A stretch of 64,000 nucleotides of DNA. It comes from Bacteroidia bacterium. GTDB taxonomy: Bacteria; Bacteroidota; Bacteroidia; JADZBD01. Below, in pieces: positions 19,594 to 29,215 of this stretch. How positions within the stretch are numbered: the stretch's first letter is position 1; every line of letters starts with the position of its first letter. The notes beneath the pieces were generated by a model, which worked only from the letters and a program-made list of their open reading frames with translations, did no database searches and was not told the origin of the DNA. Position numbers and translations under genes: made by a program. The stretch is from NCBI GenBank assembly GCA_020054095.1, contig JAGVMA010000044.1:19722-83721 (forward strand), written 5' to 3'.

Positions 19594-20580
19594 CTACATA
19601 AATTTTTTCACCGCACTTATTATTTCATTTTCATCAATATTGTTCATGCAGTTAAAATGCCCTTTCGGACATTGCTTGTAACCAATTTTAGAACACGGGC
19701 GGCAAGCTAAGTTTTTTACTTCCACACATCTATTTTCTCCCTCTGGATTAGCTAATGAAAAATAAGGACTCATGCCAAATGCCGGAATGGTATTGCCCCA
19801 AACAGAAATAATTTTTTTTTGGAATGCAGCCGCAATGTGCATCATGCCGGTATCGTGTGTAATAACTGTTGCTGCTTGCTTTACTACCGATGCCGATTGG
19901 TTTAAATTTAATTTACCACAGGCGCTTATAATTTTTGTCGCTGAGTTTTTAATTATTTCGCCAGCAGTGGCTGCATCTTCTTTGCCGCCAATTAAAATAA
20001 TGGGTTCGTTTATTTTATTGCATATACTTATTATTTTTTTTGTGGGTAAGCGCTTGGTTGCAAATTGCGCACCTATTGCTATAGCAATAAATGGTTGAGC
20101 GATACCGAATTGCGAGGCAATATGCACCTCATCGCTTTTTGCGATAAAAAAATCTAAACCCTTGCCATCGTTTTTTAAATTTAATTCAGCGGCAGCATTA
20201 AAATACCTATCAACAATATGATTGTGCGGCATACTACGCTTAAAATTTACAGTAAGCCACTTTGCCAAATTTAGCTTGCTAAACGATTTTGATTTTTTGC
20301 CTAACAAAATTTTAGTTTGCAAGCTACGTGCGTTATTGTGCAAATCAATGATGTAATCAAAATTTTCTTTTTTTAACTCGGCAGCAATTTCGGTTACAGT
20401 TTTTTCAATGGTCCATAGTTTGCTGATGTATGGATTGTTTTCGAGCGTAGCCTTAAATTTTTTCTTAGTAATAAAATGAATTTCGGATCCGTTTAATTGC
20501 TCGCTTGCGCAGCGAATAACAGGTGTTGTTAAAACAATATCGCCAATGGAGCTGAAGCGTATGATTAATATTTTTTTCAA
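19594..20580 (-). CDS. glycosyltransferase family 9 (LPS heptosyltransferase-like)
   Basis: MKKILIIRFSSIGDIVLTTPVIR N-terminus and GT9 C-terminal region (ITHDTGMMHIAAA). Confidence 0.75.
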   Translation of the reverse strand: MKKILIIRFSSIGDIVLTTPVIRCASEQLNGSEIHFITKKKFKATLENNPYISKLWTIEKTVTEIAAELKKENFDYIIDLHNNARSLQTKILLGKKSKSFSKLNLAKWLTVNFKRSMPHNHIVDRYFNAAAELNLKNDGKGLDFFIAKSDEVHIASQFGIAQPFIAIAIGAQFATKRLPTKKIISICNKINEPIILIGGKEDAATAGEIIKNSATKIISACGKLNLNQSASVVKQAATVITHDTGMMHIAAAFQKKIISVWGNTIPAFGMSPYFSLANPEGENRCVEVKNLACRPCSKIGYKQCPKGHFNCMNNIDENEIISAVKKFM

Positions 20581-20585
20581 AAAAA

Positions 20586-21017
20586 TCAGCGTGCAATAAA
20601 TTGGTGTAACCGGAGCAAATTATTTACAGTATCGTTTTCTTCCACCCAAAGTTCGCGTCTTTTCAATCGTTTTATTTTCCACTCAAATGGATTGCCGGCC
20701 GGAAATTGGCGAGTAAAAATTATTTTTTCTTTTTCATCATCAAATTCCCAGATGCCGACTTCGTTAAATGGAACTTGGCCGTAAGCAATATAATCAACGG
20801 AATAGCTGCCATCTTTACCAAGTCCTATAATATAGTTTTGGTAAAATGAAGCTTGCGTTGCTGTTTTATCTACACCGTTCTCAAAATAGGTTTGGTACTG
20901 CCAAGTGCGGCTTAGGCGCTGCTTTTTAGTGCGGAGCGAAAATGCCGGACCTTCATCGTATTTTTTACAAGTAATAATACTTGTTAAAATAATAATTATG
21001 CAAATTATTTTTCTCAA
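20586..21017 (-). CDS. hypothetical lipoprotein
   Basis: Signal peptide with a lipobox Cys (IITCKK). ATGA overlap with gmk. Confidence 0.4.
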   Translation of the reverse strand: MRKIICIIIILTSIITCKKYDEGPAFSLRTKKQRLSRTWQYQTYFENGVDKTATQASFYQNYIIGLGKDGSYSVDYIAYGQVPFNEVGIWEFDDEKEKIIFTRQFPAGNPFEWKIKRLKRRELWVEENDTVNNLLRLHQFIAR

Positions 21018-21589
21018 AATATATTTAAAAACTGTTTTGTTATTTTTTCGGCATCGGCAAATGCCGATTCAAGTTTATCGTTATGTATCACCACATCAAA
21101 TTGTGCGGCAGATTTTATTTCTTCTTCTGCTTTTCCAATTCTGCGTGCAATGCTTTTTTCTGTTTCAGTTTCTCGTTTTCGTAATCGCTCTTCCAGCGAT
21201 TTTATTGACGGAGGCATTACAAAAACCGCCCTAGCTTTTTCGCCAAATTTCTTTTTTAAGCTTATTCCGCCTTTTACGTCCACATCAAAGATTACATGCT
21301 TCCCTTTTCTCCATATTCGCTCCACTTCTTTTTTAAGTGTGCCGTAAAAATTATCTTTATACACCTCTTCCCATTCCACAAATTCATCGGCTTCAATTTT
21401 GTTTTTAAAATCTTTTACTGATATAAAATAATAATCAACTCCCTCGGTTTCGTCCTTTCTTATTTTTCTGCTCGTTGCCGAAACAGAAAATTCTAAATAC
21501 TCGTCAAATGTATTGAGTAAATGGTGAACAATAGTGGTTTTGCCTGCTCCGCTGGGTGCCGAAAATATGATAAGTTTACCTTCTTTCAC
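21014..21589 (-). CDS. gmk: guanylate kinase
   Basis: SAPSGAGKTT P-loop and SVSATSR motif. Confidence 0.9.
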   Translation of the reverse strand: MKEGKLIIFSAPSGAGKTTIVHHLLNTFDEYLEFSVSATSRKIRKDETEGVDYYFISVKDFKNKIEADEFVEWEEVYKDNFYGTLKKEVERIWRKGKHVIFDVDVKGGISLKKKFGEKARAVFVMPPSIKSLEERLRKRETETEKSIARRIGKAEEEIKSAAQFDVVIHNDKLESAFADAEKITKQFLNIF

Positions 21590-22452
21590 TACAACACATT
21601 ATTTAATTGTTCTTTTATTTTTTCCAATTCGTCTTTCATCTGCACTACTATTTTCTGCATAACTGCATCATTGGCTTTGCTGCCAATTGTATTTATTTCT
21701 CTGCCTATTTCTTGTGATATAAAAGCAAGTTTTCGGCCGCTGCTCTGTTCTTGCATAGTTTTTAAAAAATAATCGCAGTGAGTTTTTAAACGAACTTTTT
21801 CTTCGGTAATGTCCAATTTTTCGAGGTAGTAAATTAGCTCCTGCTCAAATCGCGACTGGTCAATTTTTTCAATTAGTTCGGCCACTGCTTTATTTAATCG
21901 TTCACGCACGTTTTTTAGTCGTTGCACATCGTGCGCTTCCACTTCGGTTAAATAGTTTAAAATTAAATGTACTCGTTTTTCTAAATCCCTTTTTAGTGTT
22001 TTTCCTTCGGCAGACCTAAACTTATCAAGTTCGGCAATAGCTTTTATTGCGGCCGATTTTATTTTGCTCCATTCTTTTTCATCCAAATCTTGCTTATCGG
22101 TTTGTATAACATCGGGCATTTTTAATATTTGAGTAAGTAAATTGTCTGTCTTTATTTTTAAATCATTAGCAAGTGAGTTGAATTCTCTAAAGTATTGTTT
22201 TGCAATTTTTTTATTGATACTTATTTGTTTTTCCGATTCGCTGGCATCGGAGTATAAGTTAAAATCAATTTTACCGCGTTCTAATTTTTGCGAAACCTCA
22301 TTACGCAACTCTTGTTCTTTCTCGCGATAGATTGATGATATGCGCATGTTTAAGTCTAATTGCTTGCTGTTTACCGAGCGCAGCTCCACTACAATTAATT
22401 TATTTTTTAGTTGTACACTTGCTTTGCCAAAGCCGGTCATAGATTTTAACAT
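21589..22452 (-). CDS. yicC: YicC/YloC family stress-induced protein
   Basis: MLKSMTGFGKA N-terminus, 287 aa. Confidence 0.8.
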   Translation of the reverse strand: MLKSMTGFGKASVQLKNKLIVVELRSVNSKQLDLNMRISSIYREKEQELRNEVSQKLERGKIDFNLYSDASESEKQISINKKIAKQYFREFNSLANDLKIKTDNLLTQILKMPDVIQTDKQDLDEKEWSKIKSAAIKAIAELDKFRSAEGKTLKRDLEKRVHLILNYLTEVEAHDVQRLKNVRERLNKAVAELIEKIDQSRFEQELIYYLEKLDITEEKVRLKTHCDYFLKTMQEQSSGRKLAFISQEIGREINTIGSKANDAVMQKIVVQMKDELEKIKEQLNNVL

Positions 22453-22477
22453 AAATTATAATTTCTGTAAAAATAGT

Positions 22478-22981
22478 TTATTTGCTTTTACGCAAGTGCT
22501 TCTTAACCTCATTTATATTTATTGGCCTGTTCACCGTTTCTTCGAGCGACAATATGGTTTCGGTTCTTTCTATTCCTTCTATTTGCTGAATGTGGTCGTT
22601 TAATACATTTCGCAAATGATGAGTGTTGCGACAAACTACTTTTAAAAAAATACTGTAGTTGCCCGTGGTGTAATGCGCTTCTAAAATTTCAGGTATTTGT
22701 TTCAGTTTAGTAATTACTTTTTTGTAAGCGCTTCCCTTTTGTAAGTAAACGCCAATATAGGCCGTTAGGTCGTAACCCATTTTAGTATAATCAATCAAAA
22801 GGGTTCGCGATTTTATTACTCCCATTTTCTCCAGCTTGGTCATTCGTACATGTATGGTGCCTCCTGATACAATTAATTTTTTCGCTATTTCCGTATAAGG
22901 CGTAAATGCATTTTCGGTTAGGATAGAAATTATTTCTAAATCTAATTTATCAATCTCTAAATTTTCGAGTTCTTTTTCCAT
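22478..22981 (-). CDS. Lrp/AsnC family transcriptional regulator
   Basis: HTH N-terminus (DLEIISILTENAFTPYTEIAKKL) plus a RAM domain. Confidence 0.8.
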   Translation of the reverse strand: MEKELENLEIDKLDLEIISILTENAFTPYTEIAKKLIVSGGTIHVRMTKLEKMGVIKSRTLLIDYTKMGYDLTAYIGVYLQKGSAYKKVITKLKQIPEILEAHYTTGNYSIFLKVVCRNTHHLRNVLNDHIQQIEGIERTETILSLEETVNRPININEVKKHLRKSK

Positions 22982-23092
22982 TATTAGATATGAATATTGT
23001 ATAATTTATGTCGTTAATTTTCAATATTACTAAAAATATTTAAAATATATTATTATATTAATAATGAACATATTTTTGCTTCGTTAATTTAA

Positions 23093-23214
23093 ATGTGGGG
23101 TGATGAAACAAGGCAGACATGCCAGCTTGTCGCGCTGGTAGAGAAACCGGGAAAACCTTTTGGGAAACCGAAACCAATAACCGCTCTATGAAGGTTCGAA
23201 TCCTTCCCCTACAG
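23093..23214 (+). ncRNA. tRNA-like structured RNA candidate (acceptor-like closing helix plus canonical T-arm), not a canonical tRNA
   Basis: The 3' end gaagg-TTCGAAT-ccttc-ccctaca-g is a textbook T-arm and acceptor 3' strand. A complementary tgtgggg lies 107 nt upstream at 23093-23099. The element is GC-rich within an AT-rich intergenic region and convergent with the downstream gene. No cloverleaf can be fitted. Confidence 0.3.
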
Positions 23215-23220
23215 CAAAAT

Positions 23221-24105
23221 TTAGTTTTTACTTTTTGTGTTTGACACAATGTAAACTCCGGCAAAAATAAATGCACCTGCAATAATTTTTTGCCAGGTGA
23301 TGCTGCTGTTAAAAAACCAAATAGCGATTAACGCTGACAGAAGTGGTTGCAAATAAATATAGGCACTCACCACTGATGTGCTTAGCTGACGAAGCGCAAG
23401 CGTATTTAGCAGATAGGCGACAAAGGTTGTAAATACAATCACAAAAATCATAAAGAAAAGTATGTTGCTCGGAATTATTTGCCAGTTGGTGCTTGCTAAA
23501 TCTGAAATTCCAAGGGGAGTTACCAATGGCAGCCCGAACAGAAAAGTCCATTTTAATATGGTAACTGTATGGTATTTTTGCATCAGTGGTTTCACAAGCA
23601 CTAAATATGTTCCCCAGCTGATCGCATTAATAAGCACATATAAATTTCCAATTAATGATGATTCGTTTCCATTAGCGTTATTGCCTTGGTAAACTAAAAA
23701 TGCAGCACCAAAGAAACCTATAATTATGCCAAGCATTTTTATTACCGTAATTTTTTCTTTTATAGAAATTGCAGCAATAATAGTTACCAAAATTGGAGTT
23801 GTTACCATCATAAGTGCAGCATCTATTGAGCTTGTGAGGTGAAGCCCTTTAAGAAAAAGCGATTGGTTAATTGCTACACCAAATACGCCTAACAAAACTA
23901 GTCTTGGAAAATCAGCTTTATCTGTTTTTTCTTTAACGAACAACAAAGCCGTTAGCCAAAATAAAAGTGTGGCACCTATAACCCGCATCAGCACAAATTG
24001 ACCATCGCTGATAAATTCCATTGCATTTTTTGCAATAGGAAAACTTGCAGCATATATAATGTTAGCAGCAAGTAATGCTAAATGCGCTTTGGTAGTTTTA
24101 GTCAC
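23221..24105 (-). CDS. EamA/DMT family transporter
   Basis: Ten TM segments and the two-EamA-domain pattern. Confidence 0.7.
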   Translation of the reverse strand: MTKTTKAHLALLAANIIYAASFPIAKNAMEFISDGQFVLMRVIGATLLFWLTALLFVKEKTDKADFPRLVLLGVFGVAINQSLFLKGLHLTSSIDAALMMVTTPILVTIIAAISIKEKITVIKMLGIIIGFFGAAFLVYQGNNANGNESSLIGNLYVLINAISWGTYLVLVKPLMQKYHTVTILKWTFLFGLPLVTPLGISDLASTNWQIIPSNILFFMIFVIVFTTFVAYLLNTLALRQLSTSVVSAYIYLQPLLSALIAIWFFNSSITWQKIIAGAFIFAGVYIVSNTKSKN

Positions 24106-24455
24106 AGTAATTTGGCTGCTTCGGTAATAACCGATTTGGAATTGCCTATAAATATTTTATCGGAAACAACTATTACCGGGCGCTTCAGAAAAGTATATTC
24201 TTCTAAAATATATTTTCGGTAATCTTTTTCGGCTAGCTTTTTGTTGTTTAAGCCAAGCGCACGATACTTAAGTGCAATGCGACTGAAAAGAGACTCGTAG
24301 CTCCCCGATAAATTTTTCAGTTCATCAATTTGAGCTGGAGTAATTTTTTCGGTTTTTATATCCTGCATTGTCATTTTTGGGGTGGTTATACCAAGCTCTT
24401 TAATTATGCGCGCACAAGTGCTGCAAGAGGACAGGTAGTAAATTTTGTTTTTCAT
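24102..24455 (-). CDS. ArsC/Spx/YffB family protein (glutaredoxin-like)
   Basis: IYYLSSCSTCAR N-terminal motif, 117 aa. Confidence 0.7.
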   Translation of the reverse strand: MKNKIYYLSSCSTCARIIKELGITTPKMTMQDIKTEKITPAQIDELKNLSGSYESLFSRIALKYRALGLNNKKLAEKDYRKYILEEYTFLKRPVIVVSDKIFIGNSKSVITEAAKLL

Positions 24456-24458
24456 TTT

Positions 24459-26435
24459 CTAAATTTTTATTCCAATTAATAATACATCATCTACTTGTTC
24501 CAGTTCGCCTTTCCATGTGGTAAAAGACTGGTCAATGTTTTTTCGCTGAATATGCATGGGCTGTTCCGAATACGAAATGAGTGTTTCTTTCAAGCGACTG
24601 TATTTATATTTTTTTCCATCCGGACCACCAAATTGGTCGGCATAGCCATCGCTAAATAAATAGAAACAATCTCCTTTTTCTAAAACAAATTCATGAATAG
24701 TAAATGAGTGCGTGGCATTTTCGTTTTTTGCGCTTATGGCAATTTTATCAGCTTTGTATTCAGTAAGTATTTTGTTGCGAATATGATAAATAGGATTGTT
24801 TGCACCGGAAAATTGCAGAGCTTTATTTTTTCTGTCGAGTCGTATTATTGATAAATCCATCCCATCGCGCACATTCGCACTTCGGTAACTATGGCCAAAT
24901 AATTCCGCTACTTCATCTTGTAAAAATGAAAGGACTTGAGCTGTGCTCGGATTGCTTAGTCTTTTAACAGCATTGTTAAGTGCATTGTGTCCAACCATGC
25001 TCATAAATGCGCCCGGAACACCATGCCCTGTGCAATCTACTGCAGCGATATAGGTGTATGCCCCTGATGACACAATCCAATAAAAATCACCACTCACAAT
25101 ATCTTTTGGCTTAAAATAAATAAATGATTCGCCAAGTAACTGATATGACATATCATCATCAGGCAATATTGATTCTTGAATGTATTGAGCATAACGAATA
25201 CTATCAGTGATACTTTTGTTTTTTTCTTCTATGATGGTTTTTTGAACAGACATTCGATGATTGTCTTTTATTTTTTGTTTGTATTGCCGGTAGAGGAAAA
25301 ATCCAAGAACACAAAAAACAATTGACACTAATGCGAAAAAAATTAAAAACCTGCTTTTCGTTTTAATTTCGTTTGTTGATTTTTCGAGTTCTAAATTTTT
25401 TTCAACCAATTCCTTTTCTTTTTTTGCTGTCTGAAATTTTGTTTCAGTTTCCAATAATTGTTTGCGGCTGGTTTCGTTAAAAATACTGTCTTTGTAGGTG
25501 GTGTATTTTACATGAAACTCGTAAGCGTTTTCAAAATCGCCCAAGTCTTTATATATATCCGAAATGCTTACACAGACCTCTTGTAAATTATGATAGGCGT
25601 TACGTTTTAAATGTATATTATAAGCTAACAAATAAAATTCAAGTGCATTTTTCTTATCACCTTTATTGTAATGTATTTCGCCCATTGAACCATAAGTTGC
25701 CGCTAAGCCGTATTGCTGATTTAGTTCAATTAAAATTTTAAGTGCATCGTTCATGCTTTCAAGTGCTAAATCGTATTTTTTTTCGGTATTTAAGAACTGC
25801 CCTTTTAACGTATGGCATACCGATACATGGTAGCGCATACCTTCACTTTTTAACAATCGCATAGCTTCATCTATATAGAGATAAGCACTATCAAGAATTT
25901 TTTTTTCGCCATAGATATTGGCTATGCCAAATGATGCCACCCCAATACCGGCAGGGTTTTTAACTTCTACTGAAAGCTTGCGGCAAAGTTTATACGATTG
26001 AAGTGCTTTGTCATAATCTTTATTCCCGATGTATGAGTTTGCAATAGAGTTCATCACATTAATCATCGCTTCTTTGTATTCTAATTTTTCAAACAAGGCA
26101 TACGATTCGTAAAAATATTTGAACGATAAATTATAACTGCCCTTTGCATTGTGAGCCGCACCAATTTCCATAAGCGCTTTAGCTTCGCCAAATTGATAGT
26201 TTATTTTTCTCGAAATTTTTAAAGCTGTTTCGGCAAAATACAAGCATGTGTCAGGGTAATCGTAAAGCAAATAGGCAATGTCGTTCAGGCGGTTTACCCG
26301 AATGCTATCTTCTGCCAATTCTTTTTTTAATAACGCACGTATACTGTCAATCTTCTGCTTGTCTTCGGCATAGGCGAATAATGTGCAAAAGCAAAAAGCA
26401 ATTAAGCAAAATAGTTGTTTCGTGGCACAGCGCAT
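24459..26435 (-). CDS. TPR-repeat sensor with TM helix, coiled coil and SpoIIE/PP2C-type serine phosphatase domain
   Basis: Signal peptide, TPR array, TM (FLIFFALVSIVFCVLGFFLY), coiled coil, DSIRYAQYIQESILP, and a PP2C-like domain (SGDFYW..., DGMDLS..., SDGYADQFGG). Confidence 0.75.
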   Translation of the reverse strand: MRCATKQLFCLIAFCFCTLFAYAEDKQKIDSIRALLKKELAEDSIRVNRLNDIAYLLYDYPDTCLYFAETALKISRKINYQFGEAKALMEIGAAHNAKGSYNLSFKYFYESYALFEKLEYKEAMINVMNSIANSYIGNKDYDKALQSYKLCRKLSVEVKNPAGIGVASFGIANIYGEKKILDSAYLYIDEAMRLLKSEGMRYHVSVCHTLKGQFLNTEKKYDLALESMNDALKILIELNQQYGLAATYGSMGEIHYNKGDKKNALEFYLLAYNIHLKRNAYHNLQEVCVSISDIYKDLGDFENAYEFHVKYTTYKDSIFNETSRKQLLETETKFQTAKKEKELVEKNLELEKSTNEIKTKSRFLIFFALVSIVFCVLGFFLYRQYKQKIKDNHRMSVQKTIIEEKNKSITDSIRYAQYIQESILPDDDMSYQLLGESFIYFKPKDIVSGDFYWIVSSGAYTYIAAVDCTGHGVPGAFMSMVGHNALNNAVKRLSNPSTAQVLSFLQDEVAELFGHSYRSANVRDGMDLSIIRLDRKNKALQFSGANNPIYHIRNKILTEYKADKIAISAKNENATHSFTIHEFVLEKGDCFYLFSDGYADQFGGPDGKKYKYSRLKETLISYSEQPMHIQRKNIDQSFTTWKGELEQVDDVLLIGIKI

Positions 26436-26482
26436 ATTGCACGAAAGTAACGCTCAAAAACTAAAAGTACAACTAATAGAAA

Positions 26483-29152
26483 TTATTTATTTTTTAATTT
26501 GTTTATTGATTTCTCAATGTATTTTTGAGTTGGGAGTAAGCTGTTTTGGATACGCTTGGCGTATCGGATGGAGTCCAATATTTCCTTTTGCTTTTCCTCT
26601 ACCAATTCTTTTTCTTTTTTTAATTCATCGGTACGCTGTTCAACTGCGGCTTCTAAAATTATTTTTTCTTCGATTAATTTTTTCTCGCGCCACTTTATGT
26701 AACAGTATGCCCCCACAAATAATGCTATTGCGCATAACGTGTAAAACCAATACGTACGCCAAAACGGAGGGGTTACAATCAGCTTTACCACAGTGGGCGC
26801 CTCGTTCCACACGCCATCATTATTGGCCGCTTTTATTTTAAAATAATAAGTCCCCGGATTCAGATTGGTGAATGTAACAAAGCGCCTGTTGTCTAAATCT
26901 ATCCAATCGTTGTCAAATCCCTCCATCATGTATTTGAATTTATTTTTTGCCGGATTGGTAAATTCAAGTGCCGAAAACTCAAACGAAAAAAAATATTCTT
27001 TATAGCTCAATTCTATTTCGGATAAATAAGAGAAGTCGGCATTCAGCTCATAGTTTTTGTTCAGCGCTGTAAACCCTGTTATTACCGATTTGGGCAGAAC
27101 GATATTTGGCCTTATTTCATCAGCGTTAAAATAGCTAACGCCATTTACACCACCCATGTAAAAAAACCCTTTTTCATCAACTGCCGCTGCTCTATTAAAC
27201 TCATTACTCTGTACGCCATCGGCTTGTGTGTAGTTCTTTATTTCTTTTGTTTCGGTATTAAATTTTGAGAGGCCGGAATTAGTTGCCACCCATAAATTTG
27301 ATTTTGCATCTGATAAAAGTGCCACCACAGTATTTCCCGCCAATCCATCCTTTATGGTGAAACTTACGGCTTCGTTTTTTTCAGGATTAAAAAAATTTAA
27401 TCCACCACCAATGGTGCCTACCCACATCAGGTCGTTTTTATCAATATGAATTTCGCAAATTAAATTACTGCTAAGCGATTTCTTGTCGGAATCGCTGTGC
27501 TGATAGGTTTTAAATTTTTTTGTGGTTGGATTGTAAACGCTTAATCCTTTACTGCTTGCAATCCAAATATTTCCTTTTTTATCTTCGGCAAAAGCGCTAA
27601 TTGTTCCGTTTTGTAATGAATCTGCAGATAAATTATTGGGCCGATGGTAAATGTATTTTTTATTTTCATAATCAATTATGTTTATGCCCCAGCCCGACAT
27701 GCCAATCCAGATGTTTTTTTTGCTGTCAACAAAAAGCACATTTATGTTATTGCTTGTTACACATGTTTTACAATAATTTATATCTATTGGTTCAAATATT
27801 TTTTTGTCGGGATAATATTTTACCAATCCACCACCGTTCACCACCATCCAAATAAATCCATCGGCATCTTCCACAATTGATGTAACAATTCCATTTTCAG
27901 GCATTCCCTTTTTTCGGTCTTTTGAATTAGGGAATGCAGTAAATTTTTTTGTGACCGGATTATATTCATCCACTCCATTGGTATGCCCGAATAACACATT
28001 GCCATTTTTTAATACACACGCACTAAGCACACTGCTGCGCGATAAAGAATTGGAAGATGAGCTGGAGGAATAAAAGTGTTTGAAGCGTGCAGCGAATGGG
28101 CTGTAAATGTTTACTCCTGCGCCCCAAGTACCCGCCCATATTTGCCCGCTTTTATCACAAAGCAAACTAAAAACATTATTATCGCTCAGCGAGAAAAAAT
28201 TATTTTTATCGTTCAGACATTTTTCCGATTCGGCTGTTTTCGGATTATAAATTATCAATCCATCTTCGGCAGTAGCTATCCACACCCGTTCTTGTTTGTC
28301 AATATACATATCCCAAACCATGGCACATTCAATACTTTTTATTTTACTATTCCCCATGCGATTATTGATAAAACTATTATCAGCCGGATTGAACAAAATT
28401 ACGCCCATGTTCCAAGTCCCAATCCAAACTTTGCCATCGGTTGCAATTTCTAAAGTGCGGATAACATTGTGTTGCAGGCCACTGTTTGATGTGTTATAGG
28501 TTTTATACTTTTTTGTTTTAGGATAAAAAACACTTATCCCGGCATCCCAATGGCCTATCCACATAGTTCCATCGGGCGCACATGCAATTGCCCGTACATC
28601 GTTAGATGCTATTGAATTGGCATTCGTTTTATTATAAATGTGATGTGCAATAATTTTTTTTGTTTTTGTATCAATCACATAAGCCCCCTTATCAACCGTT
28701 GCCACCCACAAGTTATTGTCGGCATCAAAACAAAGTGTAACAATAAAACTCGATGAAATGCCCAAACTGTCATTCATTGGGTATCTGTGAAAAACTCCCG
28801 AATTAAAATCATAGTAATTTAAACCGCCACCGCGCGTGCCAATCCACAGCGTGTTTTTATCAGCGCACAGCGATTTAATATTATTAGCCGCCAGCGAATT
28901 AGTGTCATCTGCATCGGTCCTGAATTGCTTTATACTATAGCCATCGTATCGGTTAAGCCCTTCTCCGGAGCCAATCCAAATAAAACCAAGCGAGTCTTGC
29001 GCCATACAGAAAACACTGTTTTGCGAAAGCCCTTCGTTAACTGTTATGTGCTTATACTTATAGCCCTGGCAAAATGCTGCAAAATAAAACCCGCAGGTAA
29101 TTACTATTAAAGTGATTTGCTTTTTAAGCATAAACAATATTAGTAAAACCAC
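26483..29152 (-). CDS. two-component-regulator beta-propeller + Y_Y_Y domain sensor protein lacking an output domain
   Basis: Repeated propeller blades (…GTWGAGVNIY…, WIGT…), a Y_Y_Y immunoglobulin-like region, a TM helix and a coiled coil. It ends ...KQKEILDSIRYAKRIQNSLLPTQKYIEKSINKLKNK with no kinase or phosphatase domain. Confidence 0.7.
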   Translation of the reverse strand: MVLLILFMLKKQITLIVITCGFYFAAFCQGYKYKHITVNEGLSQNSVFCMAQDSLGFIWIGSGEGLNRYDGYSIKQFRTDADDTNSLAANNIKSLCADKNTLWIGTRGGGLNYYDFNSGVFHRYPMNDSLGISSSFIVTLCFDADNNLWVATVDKGAYVIDTKTKKIIAHHIYNKTNANSIASNDVRAIACAPDGTMWIGHWDAGISVFYPKTKKYKTYNTSNSGLQHNVIRTLEIATDGKVWIGTWNMGVILFNPADNSFINNRMGNSKIKSIECAMVWDMYIDKQERVWIATAEDGLIIYNPKTAESEKCLNDKNNFFSLSDNNVFSLLCDKSGQIWAGTWGAGVNIYSPFAARFKHFYSSSSSSNSLSRSSVLSACVLKNGNVLFGHTNGVDEYNPVTKKFTAFPNSKDRKKGMPENGIVTSIVEDADGFIWMVVNGGGLVKYYPDKKIFEPIDINYCKTCVTSNNINVLFVDSKKNIWIGMSGWGINIIDYENKKYIYHRPNNLSADSLQNGTISAFAEDKKGNIWIASSKGLSVYNPTTKKFKTYQHSDSDKKSLSSNLICEIHIDKNDLMWVGTIGGGLNFFNPEKNEAVSFTIKDGLAGNTVVALLSDAKSNLWVATNSGLSKFNTETKEIKNYTQADGVQSNEFNRAAAVDEKGFFYMGGVNGVSYFNADEIRPNIVLPKSVITGFTALNKNYELNADFSYLSEIELSYKEYFFSFEFSALEFTNPAKNKFKYMMEGFDNDWIDLDNRRFVTFTNLNPGTYYFKIKAANNDGVWNEAPTVVKLIVTPPFWRTYWFYTLCAIALFVGAYCYIKWREKKLIEEKIILEAAVEQRTDELKKEKELVEEKQKEILDSIRYAKRIQNSLLPTQKYIEKSINKLKNK

Positions 29153-29215
29153 ATTAGATACAAATGCGCTAATTGCATTTATATTTTGGATGAACTAATG
29201 CTTGAGTTAATTTGC

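Noticed and set aside
23093-23214. Canonical tRNA gene
   Set aside because: Only the T-arm and acceptor strands are recognisable. The 122-nt length and the absence of D and anticodon stems rule out a standard tRNA, so it is kept as a tRNA-like candidate only.
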